A stretch of 55,377 bases of DNA from Octopus bimaculoides. Lineage: Eukaryota. Where the stretch lies: assembly GCF_001194135.2 (NCBI RefSeq), contig NC_068990.1:16141955-16197331 (forward strand). Reading direction: 5' to 3'. The position numbers and the translations under genes were made by a program. The notes under the pieces are model-generated. The model worked only from the letters and a program-made list of their open reading frames with translations. It made no database searches and was not told the DNA's origin. Positions within the stretch are counted from its first letter, which is position 1; every line of letters begins with the position of its first letter. Of this stretch, positions 25,647 through 39,790 are shown one piece after another.

Positions 25647-26398
25647 TAATTTCATATTAATTGTTTCAAATCCACATAATCCCACCCCCTATTTATTTAT
25701 TTACTTTTCTATGTATGTATTTATTCATGGTGTTATGAAGAAAGGGGTTGAAGCAAATAATCTCTTACTCTTGATCTGATGCTTATTTTAACGAGAGCAG
25801 CTTTTTTTTAAAATCTCACAAATGTAATCTCTATAATATTGTCATTAAAATCTAAATAAATACCTTATTTGTATGTCTTAGCAAATTTAAGCTGCTTATA
25901 TTATTATTTTCTATCAGAAACATTGATTGGAATATAAAAGTATCCAGTTTTTAAAATTTGTTACATTTGATTGACTGCAAGAGAGTCAATAGCTATTGAC
26001 CGAAGGAGAGTGGGCCTGTTTAACCCTTATGATACCCACCCATCTGAGACCACCCCTGGCTCTATGATACAAACCTCCTGTTTTAAAAGGATCTAAATTA
26101 AAACATTTCATCAAACACCAGCTTAATAATGATAGCTATTTTACTAAATTTGTTATTATTTTCAAAATTAACTGAAATAGAGGTGGTGTATTTCATTGGA
26201 AATGTATCTTTAAAACAGTGAAGCAAAACTATGTTCAAGGGCATGCTGCCATCCATGACCATCTAGCCATATTTTTTCATTTAATCACAGTAAATCCCAG
26301 ACTACATCATCCAGTGATGGTAGGGTGTGATTCAACCATTTTGGTATCAACACATTTGAGACCACCCCTGGTTCTATGATACAAACTTCCTGTTTTAA

Positions 26399-26616
26399 CC
26401 CTTTAATATTTAAACTGGATATATCAGGCTCAAATATTCTACCTGTTTCATGTTCAAACTGGCCAGATCTGGCCTCTCACACCTACCCTACAATCTCATT
26501 CTAAAAATAAACAATCACAACATTGAAATCTCAAAGCTACAAGATAATGCATAATTAATTCAAAACATTGTGCAAAAGCAAGCATTACATTTGATAATAA
26601 TCTGAATGCTAAAAGG
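26399..26616. mobile_element. piggyBac-type MITE B nested in an inverted MITE A (about 26335-26720)
   Basis: TTAA duplicated at 26395-26398 and 26617-26620. The host reads continuously CTTCCTGTT-TTAA-AGTGATCTA once the insert is removed. Confidence 0.9.
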
Positions 26617-29600
26617 TTAAAGTGATCTACAATTAAAATCTTCCATCAAAATTTCATTTAAATTATGTTCCAAACACCATGTTAATAATGACAGTTATTT
26701 TATGAAATTCTTTATTTTTTCAAAATTAATTTCATTGAGGACTCCAAAAATTACAGTTTGTTCATTCTTTAATTCATTGGCTCTACTTTATTTAGCTTGG
26801 CACAAGGCCTGAAATTTAGGTGAAGTGGGGAATAATTAATTACATACTGACCTCAGTACATGACTGGTACCTTAGTTTATCTACTATGGCAGGATGAAAG
26901 CAAAGTTGACCTCAGTAGGATTTGCACTCAGAATGCACAGAGCTGAAAGAGACACTGCAAGGCATTTCTTCCAACACACTAATGATTTTATCAACTTACC
27001 ACTGCCTTGCTCATGATATATGTATAATTATCAGTTAATTGTCCATAAGTCATAAAAAATGCACTCTTAATATAAGCTGTAGAACTGTTATATTTTCATA
27101 TATTGCTTTGCCCATGGCCAACACCAGTCCTTGAGAAATAACTCTTCCTCCCCCAAAAATGTTATTTTTTTTTTACTTTATTTCTTTCCATTAGCAACAC
27201 CAAGTCACCTATATGAAAAGAACTTGCTGATGGTGTTTTGTTCTTTCATCTCTGTTTAACTATTGTTTCTTATAAATGCCTGTGTATAATTCATGTTTTT
27301 TCCCCATTGTCTGCACTTTGCCATCCGTTTTTGAAGTCCAACACTGGCAAAGTGAGACATCATAGATTTCACCACAAACCATTATGTGAAATGTATCTTT
27401 GTATAATAAGTCCCACACTTAACTAAATTTTATCGTTTTTTATTGGTACTATACTAGTTTGTCATTGACTGTGTTTTCTTTGAAACTGTCACTCCAAATT
27501 TTTTTGTTAAACATTTCAGTAGAAATGCATCAGTGTTGTCATCATTGTTTTAATGCCCACTTCTTCCATACTTGCATGGTTCAGACGGAATTCATTCAGG
27601 TAGAATTCCTATGGCTAGATGCTCTTCCAGTTGCCCACACTCACTTGTTTCCTCATATTTAGATATGTTTCATAGAAGATTGGAAATGAAGGGCACCATA
27701 TATATAACAGAGATATCCAATTTTAACTATCGTATGATGTCAAGACAAGTAGATACAAAAACTGATGCATAGATATATATACATACATATTTACACACAC
27801 ACACACACACACATATGCACGCTTCTGTCTACCAACTAAACTCACAAGATGTTGGTCAACCCAGAACTATTTTAGGAGACACTTTTCTATGGTGTCTTAT
27901 TGTGGGATTGAACCTGAAACCTGTTGCTCAGGTTGGGAAGCAATGTTTTCAACCACACGGCCATGCCTGTTCTAAAAGTAATGTATCATAAATTCAAATT
28001 CATAATTTGGTATAAATTGTTCACTTTTTAAAAATATATTTTACTTTTCTTTACTGCTGTTATTAACAGGTGAGAAAGTGCCATAATGCTGGAACTTACC
28101 CCAAGTTTCCTGGCATTAACCGTTTTTGTTACCATATTTCTTTTGAAATACACTGCCTTTGTTTCAATTCATTTGGAAAACAATGAAAAATTTAGTTAAA
28201 AAATCTATCATTATTAATCTGATGTTTGGAACAAGAAATTTTGATGGAAGGCTTTAATTTAGATAATTTTAAAGCATGAAGTTTGTATTATAGAATCAGG
28301 TGGGCTGGTGTCAAAGGTTTAATCACCATTTCTTCATGACAATTGCTTTTAAATTTGTACATGTGAAGTTTTGGTACCTCTGAGCTTTTTGCTTTCTCTA
28401 TTCATTCTTATTGTATAAACTACAATCTGTTATTACTGAATGTTTTCTTAAATTCTATAATTCTTGGAGTAAGGTAAGATGAGCCATATTCTTTATTTCC
28501 TGCTAGCATGCAACATTTTATTAGTTTTCTGGTTAACAAACATAATGAAATCTACCTAATTGTCATTTTTATCTGATCTGAAGTGTGAAGAATATTGACA
28601 CTTAGTTCAGCTGCATACATTTTCACAGCAGCAATAAACATGTTATCTCCTGTGGGGAAAATAAACCTACTTGTCAAATATCATAAATACCTTCTTTTCT
28701 ATCTCATTGATAAACTAAACTGTATAGTTTACATCTTACATTGCTGCAACTTGCTATATTTCCTCCTATTTCTTTGGCTCAACCCTTAATTATTTAGTGT
28801 CATAAAAATAGCTGAAATGTGAGACAGCTATCATCTGTCTTCTTTTCTATGATATTCCTAACTCAGATATAATTTCATTCTTTGTTATTATTGCCTAGAG
28901 AATATACAAGATTTACTTTTTGAACCACATTATCAAAATGGCATCTGCTGACAGTCTGCAACAAGGGTAGCTGCCGAATATTATTATTATTTTTTTTTTT
29001 CAAGGTGTGAATAGATATGGGTTGTTAAGTGTGAAAACCCTGTACTAAGAGAAAACAGTTGTTGTTATATCAAAAATATGTGCCTTCTTCTATCCTGGAC
29101 ATATGGCCAGCAGAAGTCTGAAGTTTATGAACTTGGTAAATAGCTTAGAGCTGCAGTTTCATGTCTTACAATATCTTGCTGAAGTATTAACACTTTTGAT
29201 ACCAAACCACCTCAGATTGTCTATGGTTCTATGATACAAACTTCCTGTTTTAAAGAAATCTAAAGTTTAAAATTTCCTTCAAAATTTCAGGTTAATATTG
29301 ACAAAGTTAATATTGAAGATATTTTACTAAATTCTTCATTATTTTGAAAATTAATAAAAACAAAGGTTGTTTATTTCAACAGAAACAGGGTAACAAAAGG
29401 GTTAAACCATAATATCATAGCATTGAAGGCAACTAGTTAACTAAGAGGTTATGCTTTTAATTAAAAAAAATTTTTATATATAGGCGTAGGAGTGGCTGTG
29501 TGGTAAGTAGCTTACCGGGTTCAGTCCCACTGCGTGGCATCTTGGGCAAGTGTCTTCTAATATAGCTTCTGGCTGACCAAAGCCTTGTTAGTGGATTTGG

Positions 29601-30049
29601 TAGACAGAAACTGAAAGAAGCTCGTTGTATATATATATATATATNNNNNNNNNNNNNNNNNNNNNNNNNNNNNNNNNNNNNNNNNNNNNNNNNNNNNNNN
29701 NNNNNNNNNNNNNNNNNNNNNNNNNNNNNNNNNNNNNNNNNNNNNNNNNNNNNNNNNNNNNNNNNNNNNNNNNNNNNNNNNNNNNNNNNNNNNNNNNNNN
29801 NNNNNNNNNNNNNNNNNNNNNNNNNNNNNNNNNNNNNNNNNNNNNNNNNNNNNNNNNNNNNNNNNNNNNNNNNNNNNNNNNNNNNNNNNNNNNNNNNNNN
29901 NNNNNNNNNNNNNNNNNNNNNNNNNNNNNNNNNNNNNNNNNNNNNNNNNNNNNNNNNNNNNNNNNNNNNNNNNNNNNNNNNNNNNNNNNNNNNNNNNNNN
30001 NNNNNNNNNNNNNNNNNNNNNNNNNNNNNNNNNNNNNNTATATATATAC

Positions 30050-30215
30050 AGTTGAAATTTACAGGAAAACAAAAGACAAAGACAGGTGGTATGAACAACA
30101 AGCAGGTGTATTAGTTTGATGCTCGGGAAAGTGAGAAAGTCTTTTAAGTTTCAAGCCGACACTCTTCAACAGAAAGGAATAAGAGAAAATAAACAGAAAG
30201 AGAATGAAAAAAACT
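30050..30215 (-). mobile_element. Penelope-like 3' end (family A) with decayed hammerhead at 30140-30177
   Basis: Minus strand: CCTTT-CTGTTGA-A-GAGT[GTCG]GCTT-GAA-ACTT-A-AAAGA. Confidence 0.6.
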
Positions 30216-30218
30216 TGA

Positions 30219-30590
30219 GGTGCAGGTGTTGCTGTGTGGTAAGAAGCTTGTTTCCTAACCAAGTTTCTACATTCCCACTATGTGGCACCTTGGCCAAGTG
30301 TCTTCAACTATAGCCTTGGGCCAACAAAATCCTTGTGCGTGGATTTGGTAGATGAAACTAAAAAAAAGCTATCAGGTATGTTATATTATGTGTGTTTGTC
30401 CACCACCTGTTTGACAACTGGTGTTGGTTTGTTTACATCACCATAACTTAGTGGTTTAGCAAAAGAGAGTGCTAGAATAAGAACCTGGCTTAAAAATAAG
30501 TACTGGGGTCAAGTTCTTCAACTAAAACCCGACAAGGCAGTGCCCCAGCATGGCCACAGTCCAGTGGCTGAAGCAGGTAAAAAATAAATG
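30219..30590 (+). mobile_element. Full-length CORE-like SINE (tail A)
   Basis: Head GCTGTGTGGTAAGAAGCTTG...CCTTGGCCAAGTGTCTTC. Tail ...GCAGTGCCCCAGCATGGCCACAGTC. Confidence 0.85.
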
Positions 30591-30856
30591 GTAAAAAAAA
30601 AAGATACAAAATAAAATGTGTTTAGATATATGTATATAAATACATATATACATTTGTATATAGCTACACACACACACACACATACTTATGTATATATAAA
30701 TATTATACCCTCCTACAAATGTGCAATTCACCTTCCCCTCCTCCCTTGTTAACTCCCTCTTCATAGAACATTGTTCTCATCTATCTCCTAACTCTTCACC
30801 TATTTTTATTTCTTTACTTTCTTTCCAAACATTTTCCCTCCTCACTCCTTTGTTTT

Positions 30857-30889
30857 TCTTCTGATGAAAGACTGTCTGAAATGTTAAGA
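30857..30889 (+). ncRNA. Minimal type I hammerhead relic with canonical CUGAUGA core
   Basis: TCTT-CTGATGA-A-AGA[CTG]TCT-GAA-ATGT-T-AAGA. The differences from CCGAAACGT fit CpG decay. Downstream flank (AAGCATTAAACTAATACA) is homologous to family A. Confidence 0.5.
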
Positions 30890-33654
30890 CTCCTTTTTTC
30901 CTTTTAAGCATTAAACTAATACAGTATTTGCTAAAACTTGTCCCTTCTGTGTTGTACTTTTCCTTTTCATTCATTATATTTCCAGTATCCCTTATTTCTA
31001 TACATTTGTTATATATGTATATGTGTATGCACACATAAAAATATTTATTTTGCATTCTTTAACAGATCCAACCTCCATCTTACAGACACAAAAAAAAAAA
31101 AGAAAAAAAAGAAACCCAACTGAAAATTCCATTGTATCATTAAAAGAAAATTACTGTAGAACTGTTTAGATTCTTTTTAAAAGCATTCCACATACTTCTA
31201 TTCAAGTCAGTTTGGTTGTTTATAAATTCAAGTATTTGGTAATCACTTAGTTATATAATAGTACTAATAACTGTTTTGAATAAGATATATATATATATAT
31301 ATATATATGTATACACACACACACACACGCACACTCATTGGTGATGCATACATCTCACCCTGCTGAGAAATGCCAATATAGAAAATTTGAAAACTTTATA
31401 TTAAATCTTTAAAAAGAAAATTCGTCAAATTAGATGGTAACTGTTGTCTGCTTAGTACCAAGCCTCTTTTAGCTTGAGCTCTAATCATCATCATCATCGT
31501 TTGCTGTCCACTTTTCCATGTTTGCATGGGCCAGATAAAATTTCTTGAGGCATATTTTCTACATCTGGATGCCCTTCTTGTTGTCAACCTTCACTTGTTT
31601 CCAAGCAAAGTAACATTAACCCGTAGTCGGACATGATTTTGATAGAAGACTGGAAATGAGCAGCCTCACTTGTATCACAATGATGCTCATTTACAACCAT
31701 CATATGATGTCAAGACAAGGGTACTCACAAACATACATATGTACCCACACACAACAGGCTATGTTTGACCTAAGGCTATCGGAGAAGATGCTTAACTAAG
31801 GTGCTATGCAATAGGACTGAACCACTCAACCTTATCTGTTTCTGTTCAGTGTACTGTGCAGTGGGATTGAACCCAAATATTGTATACTCATTAAACATTT
31901 TTTTAATGAGGGTAAAAAATTATGGACTTGTATATTATCTCAATCCTTTTGATATTGATTTATTTGGGATCACCACTGGTTCTGATACAAACTGCTTTAA
32001 AGCGATCTAAATTAAAACTTTCTATTAAAATTTCATATTAATTTATATTCCAAACATCATCTTAATAATGATAGCTGTTTTATAAATTTTTCATTATTTT
32101 CAAAATTTATTGAAACAAAAGCAATGTATTTTAAGAGAAATGTAGTAAAAATAAATGGGTTAACAGAAACTTTTACTTGACTCATTTGTAAACTAATATA
32201 AAGTATCTCACTAACATTTCTATCTCATCAGACAAAAAACACCTTCCTCTCTGCTACTATCATAGTTTTATAGTCAACCCATCCATTATAAACTTCATGT
32301 CGGCTTTTTATTTCAATGAGGTCTACTTAAAATCTGATCAACTAAACTAACTTGCAATTGGCTTCAAAAGTATATATAGCGATCCCTGTTTACTATATTG
32401 ACTTTTCTCAGCTAAAACTAATGTGTTATCTCATAAATTCTAGCCGTAATTACCAAGACTGTCAGAGGAAACCAGTGCCTAAACGTTAACAGATGACTTA
32501 GTTATTATGAGTTGTAAAGTATCTACTTACTAATAAATGACTCCTGAGGTTTTGCATCACTGACAAGGACTATCTTTGCCCAAGAAATGTTAATTCTTTT
32601 GGCTTTTTTACTCATCTTATCTGAGTTTATATTATTTTATTTTGGCAACTTCTGCCTCTCTTACTCTGTTGCTATTGTAATCAATCATCATCATTGAATG
32701 TCCATGTCCCAAGCTGTTAGATGGTTTGACAGGTTCTGATTGGTCCAAAGACTGTATTGGGCTCCAGTGTTAGCTTTTGTATGATTTCTACATCTGGATG
32801 CCCTTCTTAACACCAAGCACTTTGTGTGTACTGGGTGCTTTTTCCATGCACTTGCAATGATTGCCTTATAATTTGCAAGGCTTAGAGCTTGAAGTGGCCG
32901 CTGAAACTGAGGGAGAACAGAAGAGAGAGTGAGCAATGATCCTAGGCAGAGAGATAAGGAATGGTAAGTAAAAGAAGAAGAGGGGGCAGTATGACAGGTA
33001 TCATGATCCAATGTCTACTCTGGCATAGTTTCTATTGTTGGATGTCCTTCCTAATGCCAATTACCTTACAGTGTGTCTTGGATGCTTTTTTTTATGGCAC
33101 CAGCACCAGTGACATAACCATGCAGCTTGCAAGACTAAGATCATCTTTGAGTGAGTGAGGTTCCAGTAGAGAGGAAAGCAACCTTATGCTATGAGATGAG
33201 GGATTAAAGTGTGAAAGAAGGAGTCCAGAACAGACCAGGTTTCTTGCTGTGGAGGAGCTACGCAGCTGCTCATATTTTAAAAGAGAGCATGGGAGTGGCC
33301 AGTTAGATCTGAAATACACATTTTGTTTTAAATTACTTTGTTAATTATTCTAATTGCCATTGTTTACTGTAGTAATGTAATTTGATTGTTTAGTCCTCAC
33401 ATGAGCTTTCTGACCGTGTTCTATTTATAAAATCTTTCCAGTTATTATTATTTCAAGCTCTTGCTGTTTTTTTTATGTAATAACCAGATGTTTTAGTCAT
33501 AACATATACTGTTTACTAATAAATTTCAAAGCTATTATAAAGCCTTTTACAAGTTTTAGGATTAACTTAACAGCTTTTATTTAATTCCAATAAAAAAGAA
33601 TGTAAGATAAACCTTTAAATCATATTTTTCAACTTATCTATGATTATTATTAAG

Positions 33655-34115
33655 GCAGAAGGTGGCGTGCTGGCAGAACTGTTAGCATGCTGGACAAAAT
33701 GCTTAGTGGCATTTCACCCATTTTTATGTTCTGAGTTCAAATTCTGTTGAGGCTGACTTTGCCTTTCAACCTTTTGGGGTCAATAGAATAAGTACCAATT
33801 GAACACTGGGGTTGATGTAATCAGCTTACCTCTTCCCCTGAAATTGCTGGCCTTGTGCCAAAATTTGAAACCATTATTATTGTTGTTGAGGCAGTGAGCT
33901 AGTAGAATCATTACTGCACCAGACAAAATGCTTAGCAGCAATTCTTCTGGCTCTTAAAGTTCTGAGTTCAGATTCTGCCAAAGTCGACTTTGGCACTTAT
34001 TTTATCAACCCCAAAATGAAGAAAGGCAGCTATAGACTGGGGATGGTGTAACTGACTTGCCCCTCCCCTCAAATTGTTGCCCTTGTGCCAAAATTTAAAA
34101 GCATGGTTATATTAT
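33655..34115 (+). mobile_element. Two tandem Nin/Deu-like SINEs; the second sits in the (ATT)n tail of the first and is internally deleted
   Basis: Two heads (GGTGGCGTGCTGGCAGAA and GGCAGTGAGCTAGTAGAA). The same tandem pattern occurs at 48680-49080. Confidence 0.8.
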
Positions 34116-34502
34116 TATTGTGTGTGGGTGTGTGTGTCTGTGTGTATAGGTATATATATATATATATATATATATATGTCTATACATATTGATTGGTCAT
34201 ACAACATTCTATTGTTTGATCAAGCATTTACAAGAAGCAGTCATCATAACCCGGTACAATACATGCGACAAAAATAGATAAACAATAGCTGACTACACTA
34301 TTAATTCTATAAAGAATTCCACAAACAAATGATAAACATATCTATGGAAGGCAGCTTTGTCAAGACAAAAATACAAACCAGAAATCAGTGTAGAACACAT
34401 TATATGTTTGTTACCATTGTTATGTTCTAGATAGGCATATATATATTACATTTATCATCATGATTTGTCCATGTTCTATGCTGGCATGGGTTGGACTATA
34501 TA

Positions 34503-34589
<87 letters not shown>

Positions 34590-34592
<3 letters not shown>

Positions 34593-34905
34593 GCTTCTGT
34601 GTCGGTGGGAGATAAAAAGCACGATTCGAGCGCGGTCATTGCCAGTGCTGCCTGACTGGCTCCTGTTTTAGTGGCACGTAAAAAGCACCATTCAAGTGTG
34701 GTCGTTGCCAGTACCACGTGACTGGCCCTCATGCTGGTGGCATGTAAAAAGCACCCATTACACTCTAGGAGTGGTTGGTGTTAGGAAGGGCATCTAGCTG
34801 TAGAAACCTTGCCAGCTCAGATTGGAGCCTGGTACAACCTTCTGACTTGCCAGCCCTCAGTCCAACTGTCTGACCCATGCCAGCATGGAAAGCAGACGTT
34901 GTTGA

Positions 34906-34908
<3 letters not shown>
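34590..34908 (+). mobile_element. RTE-type 3' UTR with a 66-bp tandem unit and (GAT)n tail
   Basis: Units start at 34605, 34671 and 34737 (GTGGCACGTAAAAAGCACC...), giving a 66-bp period. Confidence 0.8.
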
Positions 34909-34939
<31 letters not shown>

Positions 34940-34968
34940 NNNNNNNNNNTATATATATATATATATAT

Positions 34969-35373
34969 GCACAGGTGTAGCTGTGTGGTAAGAAGCTTGC
35001 TTCCCAATGACATAGTTCCAGGTTCAGTTCTACTGCATGGCACCTTGATTGTGGGGGACATACTATAGCTTCGAGCTGACCTAAGCTTTATGAGTAGATT
35101 TGGGAGATGGAAACTGAAAGAAGCCTGTTGTGCGTCTGTGTATATATAGGGATGTGTGTGTGTATATAGGTGTGTGTGTGTGTTTGTTCCTTATCACTGC
35201 TTGACAACTTGTGTACTTATGTCCCCATGATTTGCAGTTCAACAAAAGAGACCAAAGAAATAAGTACCAGGCTTAAAAAGAAGTACTGGGGTCAATTTGT
35301 TCAACTAAAATTCTTCAAGGTGGTGCCCCAGCATGGCTGCAGTCCAATGACTGATGCAAGTAAAAGATAAAAG
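34969..35373 (+). mobile_element. Full-length CORE-like SINE (tail A)
   Basis: Collinear with 30219-30590; ends GTAAAAGATAAAAG. Confidence 0.85.
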
Positions 35374-35797
35374 ACATATATAAAACATGCACACACTACT
35401 ATATGTGTCCTGTGTGCATTTGTGTCACTATCGATATGTTCTCTCCCTTTCTCTCTCCCCCCTCTCTCTCTCTATATATATATGTGTGTGTGTGTAGTGT
35501 TTGTGTGTATGCTATTCTGTTGTACATTGAAATGCTTATAAAATTTAATGAAGTAAAATACAAAATCCAGGTACCTCTGTTGCAAGTAATACATTGGTAC
35601 TTGAAATGAAATAATACTTTATTCATGAATATGATGATTGTCGGTGAACTAATTGGCCTTGAACTGTGTCTTCTTTCCCAAGCAACGCTGGACATCCTTG
35701 TAGAAAATCACCTACACTGAAGATGTAAGACTCATTTTTATGTGCCCTTTAAATAATTCAGTTAAAAAATATGTCTGTCTGTCTGTCTCTCTCTCTC

Positions 35798-35828
<31 letters not shown>

Positions 35829-37181
35829 GTGTGTGTGTAGTTTGAAATTTTGTTCCTATTTAATTAATTAGTAAAAGTATGTTTTGCTCTCAAGCATTTA
35901 ATTGTGCTAATAACTACAAGTATTTTGGCAAATTATTCCCAACTGTTAATGACAGTTTGTCAAAGATTTTCTCTTCTAGATTATGATTATTTAAATGAGT
36001 GAAAATGAAGAAATTCCTGTTTTTAATTAACTGGTTGCTTGCATTAAGTGGCCTTTTGTTTCTGTTAATTTTGAAAATTGCCATTATTAAGCTGGTGTTT
36101 AGAACCTAAATTAATACAGAATTTTGATGGAAGGTTTAATTTAGATCACCTTAAAACAAGAATTTATATAATGGAACTTTAGGTGGTATCAGGTGGATTA
36201 GTATAAAAAATCACACCCTGCCATCACTGAATGATGTTATCTGGGATTTACTGTAATAAAAAAAATGACTGGATAGTCGTGGTTGGGATGTCTCTGAACT
36301 TAAGTCAGCTTAACTGTTTTGTTACTATTATTGAAATACACTGCTTCTTTTTCAATTAATTTTGAAGATAATGAAATTAGTAAAATAATTTTGTCACTAT
36401 TAAGTTGGTGTTTGGAACAAATGAAATTTTGGTGGAAGATTTAAATTTTTATTTTTATAATTTCTCTTGAGTGCTAGGACTCATGGGGTTAGTTACCTGT
36501 TTTCCATGACATATAAGTGACTGAGATCACAATATTCCCCTTGAATGGGATGCTGGTCTCTTGCAAAGTTTTAATATAGATCATTTTAAAACAGGGAATT
36601 TGTTTCCTAGAACCAGAGGTGGTGTCTGGTGGGTTGATATGAAAAAGGTTAAGACAAGTCAACATTTGCAATGAGATATTTATTTGCTGTTGGGCCAAAC
36701 ACATAACGACTACTTATCTAACAAACAGCTTCATGCATAGTTGTTAAGGAATCTTAATTGAAGAATTTATTTCTAAAATACATGTTTCTTTCTTAAAAAA
36801 CATATCACATAGCAATAAATTTTGTCCATTTTATAAACATTTCTGAAATGGTTTCTATGTTTTCTAAGCAGCATTTATTTAATGATTTGTGAGTTTGTAT
36901 CTTCTATAAATGTGTAACATTTTTTAATGTTTTTTCAAATCAATATTTATGAAGATTGGCATTCAGTTATTAACACAGATGCTGTTTCTTTTATTTTTGG
37001 CTGGCATTGCACTAAAATATACCATTTCTCGTTTTATTCTGCATGACAGCAATAATGATGAGGATGATAATCATAGTTTCATGAGAAAATATAGAAAATT
37101 CCCCCTAAAATAAATGCTCAGAGGTAAACCACAGACATTTTTCAACAATCAATCAGTTTATTTTTTTGCTTACTTATTTAG

Positions 37182-37240
37182 TTCTTTATGAATCATTTCA
37201 AGAGATTCATAGGATTGAGGGGGACGATGAAAGGGGGTGG
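37182..37240 (+). CDS. Candidate 59-nt internal exon, product unknown
   Basis: TTTTTTTGCTTACTTATTTAG acceptor and GG|GTAAGT donor. Open as LYESFQEIHRIEGDDERGW or FFMNHFKRFIGLRGTMKGG. Confidence 0.25.
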
Positions 37241-37297
37241 GTAAGTACTGTATAAACCAGTGATTAAGAGTGGCTGGCATTGATTCTGTAAGGTATC

Positions 37298-37339
<42 letters not shown>

Positions 37340-38629
37340 TTTATTGATATCTGTTCGGTCAGTGAAGAGAAGAAGCCTTATATTGATCCAGTCTGGTGAC
37401 TTTAGCCTCCCATTGTAACAGACACTACTGCTGGAAGTGAAACCCTACTCATCAAAGTGTCCCTTTCAACACATTACTTTTCTTTAGCTCAATATATCTA
37501 CCAAAATATCCCCTTTTTTTCATTTTTTTTTTTAGAATACAAATTTCAGGGGGCAAAAATACACAAACTAATATCAAAACCCATTCCTGCTTCCTATAAA
37601 ATATCTCAATTTATTTTCTCAGGCTCTCCTTACAAACTATGCAAATCTTCTATTGAGGATCTTTTCCTCTGTAAATTCTGACTCATTGTTTGTCCCTTCT
37701 ACTCATCTACCAGGGACTTAAGTTTACTTTATATTGTCTCTACTGGCCCTTTTTCTTCTATACTGTGAAGGAACAATATCTAATGGGAATAAAACAAAAA
37801 AAAAAAAGGTAATAAAATATATTGATCGAGGTGAATAATAATATCCATGTATTTGCTATTAGACTGTTTTGACATGGAGAATTCTCATAGATTTCCGTTT
37901 TCTTTTATTTTTGTTAGGATTTTTTGGGTGTGTGTACGTGTATGTGTATGTGTGTGTCTATGTATGTAAATGTGTGTATGTGTCTGTTAGTGTATATACA
38001 TGTTTTGTAGATGTGTGTGTGTGTGTGAACAACTCAATTTCCTTTTCTATTTTCCCACATTAGCAAATAACACTTCCATTTGCAAGGATGATTTAGTTTT
38101 TCCTAAGTATGAAATGAAACCTGTACATTTATAGGTTTTTACGCATGCATACATGTATATGTGTGTGTATAAACCTCCTTCTTCCCCCTCCTCTCTCTCT
38201 CTCTTTCTGTCTCTTTATATATGTGTGTGTGTGTGTGCACATATATATATATATATATATACACATATTGTGTATATATGTGTGAGACCTGTATAATGCT
38301 TTCGATTTGTTATTGAAATATTAGCAATTTCTGATTTTCACGCATGCATACATATATCTACCTCTCATGTATGTGTATATGTCAATATATATGTATGTAC
38401 TTATGAGTGTGTGTGTGTGTGTGTGTATGTATATATGTATAAGTACGCATGTTCATATAATTACACACACACACATTAAAGGATGAATGCTAGCAAGCTG
38501 AAACTTCAACATCACTGTCAACCTTTTCCTTGTAAAAGTTAAAAATGTACTCTGCTAAAAAGTATTGAGTAATCCTTCAGCTTAATGTTAAATTGTTTAT
38601 ATATATAACCTGATATAAAAACAAAGATG

Positions 38630-38680
<51 letters not shown>

Positions 38681-38756
38681 GAGAGTGTGTGTGTGTGTGT
38701 GTGTGTATGTATACACACATATTTATACACTCGCACACACAAACACATACACACAC

Positions 38757-38815
<59 letters not shown>

Positions 38816-39570
38816 AGAGAAAGAGAGCTAGATATAAATTCTCATATATCTGCTTCTTGCCTGGCATTCTTATTGACAAATACGTTCAGTGTCTCATACT
38901 CGTACACACACACACACACACACACACNNNNNNNNNNCACACACACACACACACACACACATGTGCGTTTATCTTCTTGGTTAGGTCTTCAGTTGCATTT
39001 TAAAGGCTTCTTGTGTTTTTTTCTACTTTTTCTCTAATTAAGAATTTTTCTTTGCAAAACCATTTGTACTGGATAAACTATATAATTGTAACTAAGCAGA
39101 TTGAGAGACATTGGACAGCAGATATATTCCACTGGTAGCAGTAGATTATTCATTTAACCCTTGTCATATCCACCCAACTTGTGGTCTAAATTAAAACCTT
39201 TTGTCAAAATTCTAAGTTAATTTAATGTTCCAAAACACCAGATTAATAATGATAAAGTTATTTTATTTATTCCTTATTTTCAAAATTAATAAAAACAAAA
39301 GCAGTATATTGCAGTAGGAATAAGGTGAAAAGAGATTAAACAGACTTTACATTCAAAGGCATCCCAGCCATAACTATCCAGTCATTTTTGTTTTTTTAAT
39401 CATAGTCCCAGGTTACATCATCCAATGATGATGGTAGGGTATGATTTAACCCCTTTGATACTAACCTACATGAAACTGATCCCTGGTTCTATATTACAAA
39501 TCTCCTGTTTTAAACAGAAATATAGTAACAATTTCAACAGAAATACAGTAATACAGGGCTTACCTATTAA

Positions 39571-39790
39571 CCTTTCGATATTTAAACTGGCCATATCTGG
39601 CCCGAATATTCTACCAGTTTTATGTTCAGGTTGGACAGATGAAGCCTCTCACACCTACCCTTCAATGTCATTCTAAATATAAACAGTCACATCATTGAGA
39701 GTTCAGAACTATGAGATAATGCCTGATTAATTCAAAACAATGTGAATAAATAAGTATTGTATTTGATAGAGTAATCTGAATATTACAGGG
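39571..39790. mobile_element. piggyBac-type MITE B, diverged
   Basis: Collinear with 23007-23226; ends decayed. Confidence 0.75.

Noticed and set aside
32205-32235. Minus-strand CTGATGAGATAGAAATGT
   Set aside because: Only 4 nt between the core and GAAA; no stems.
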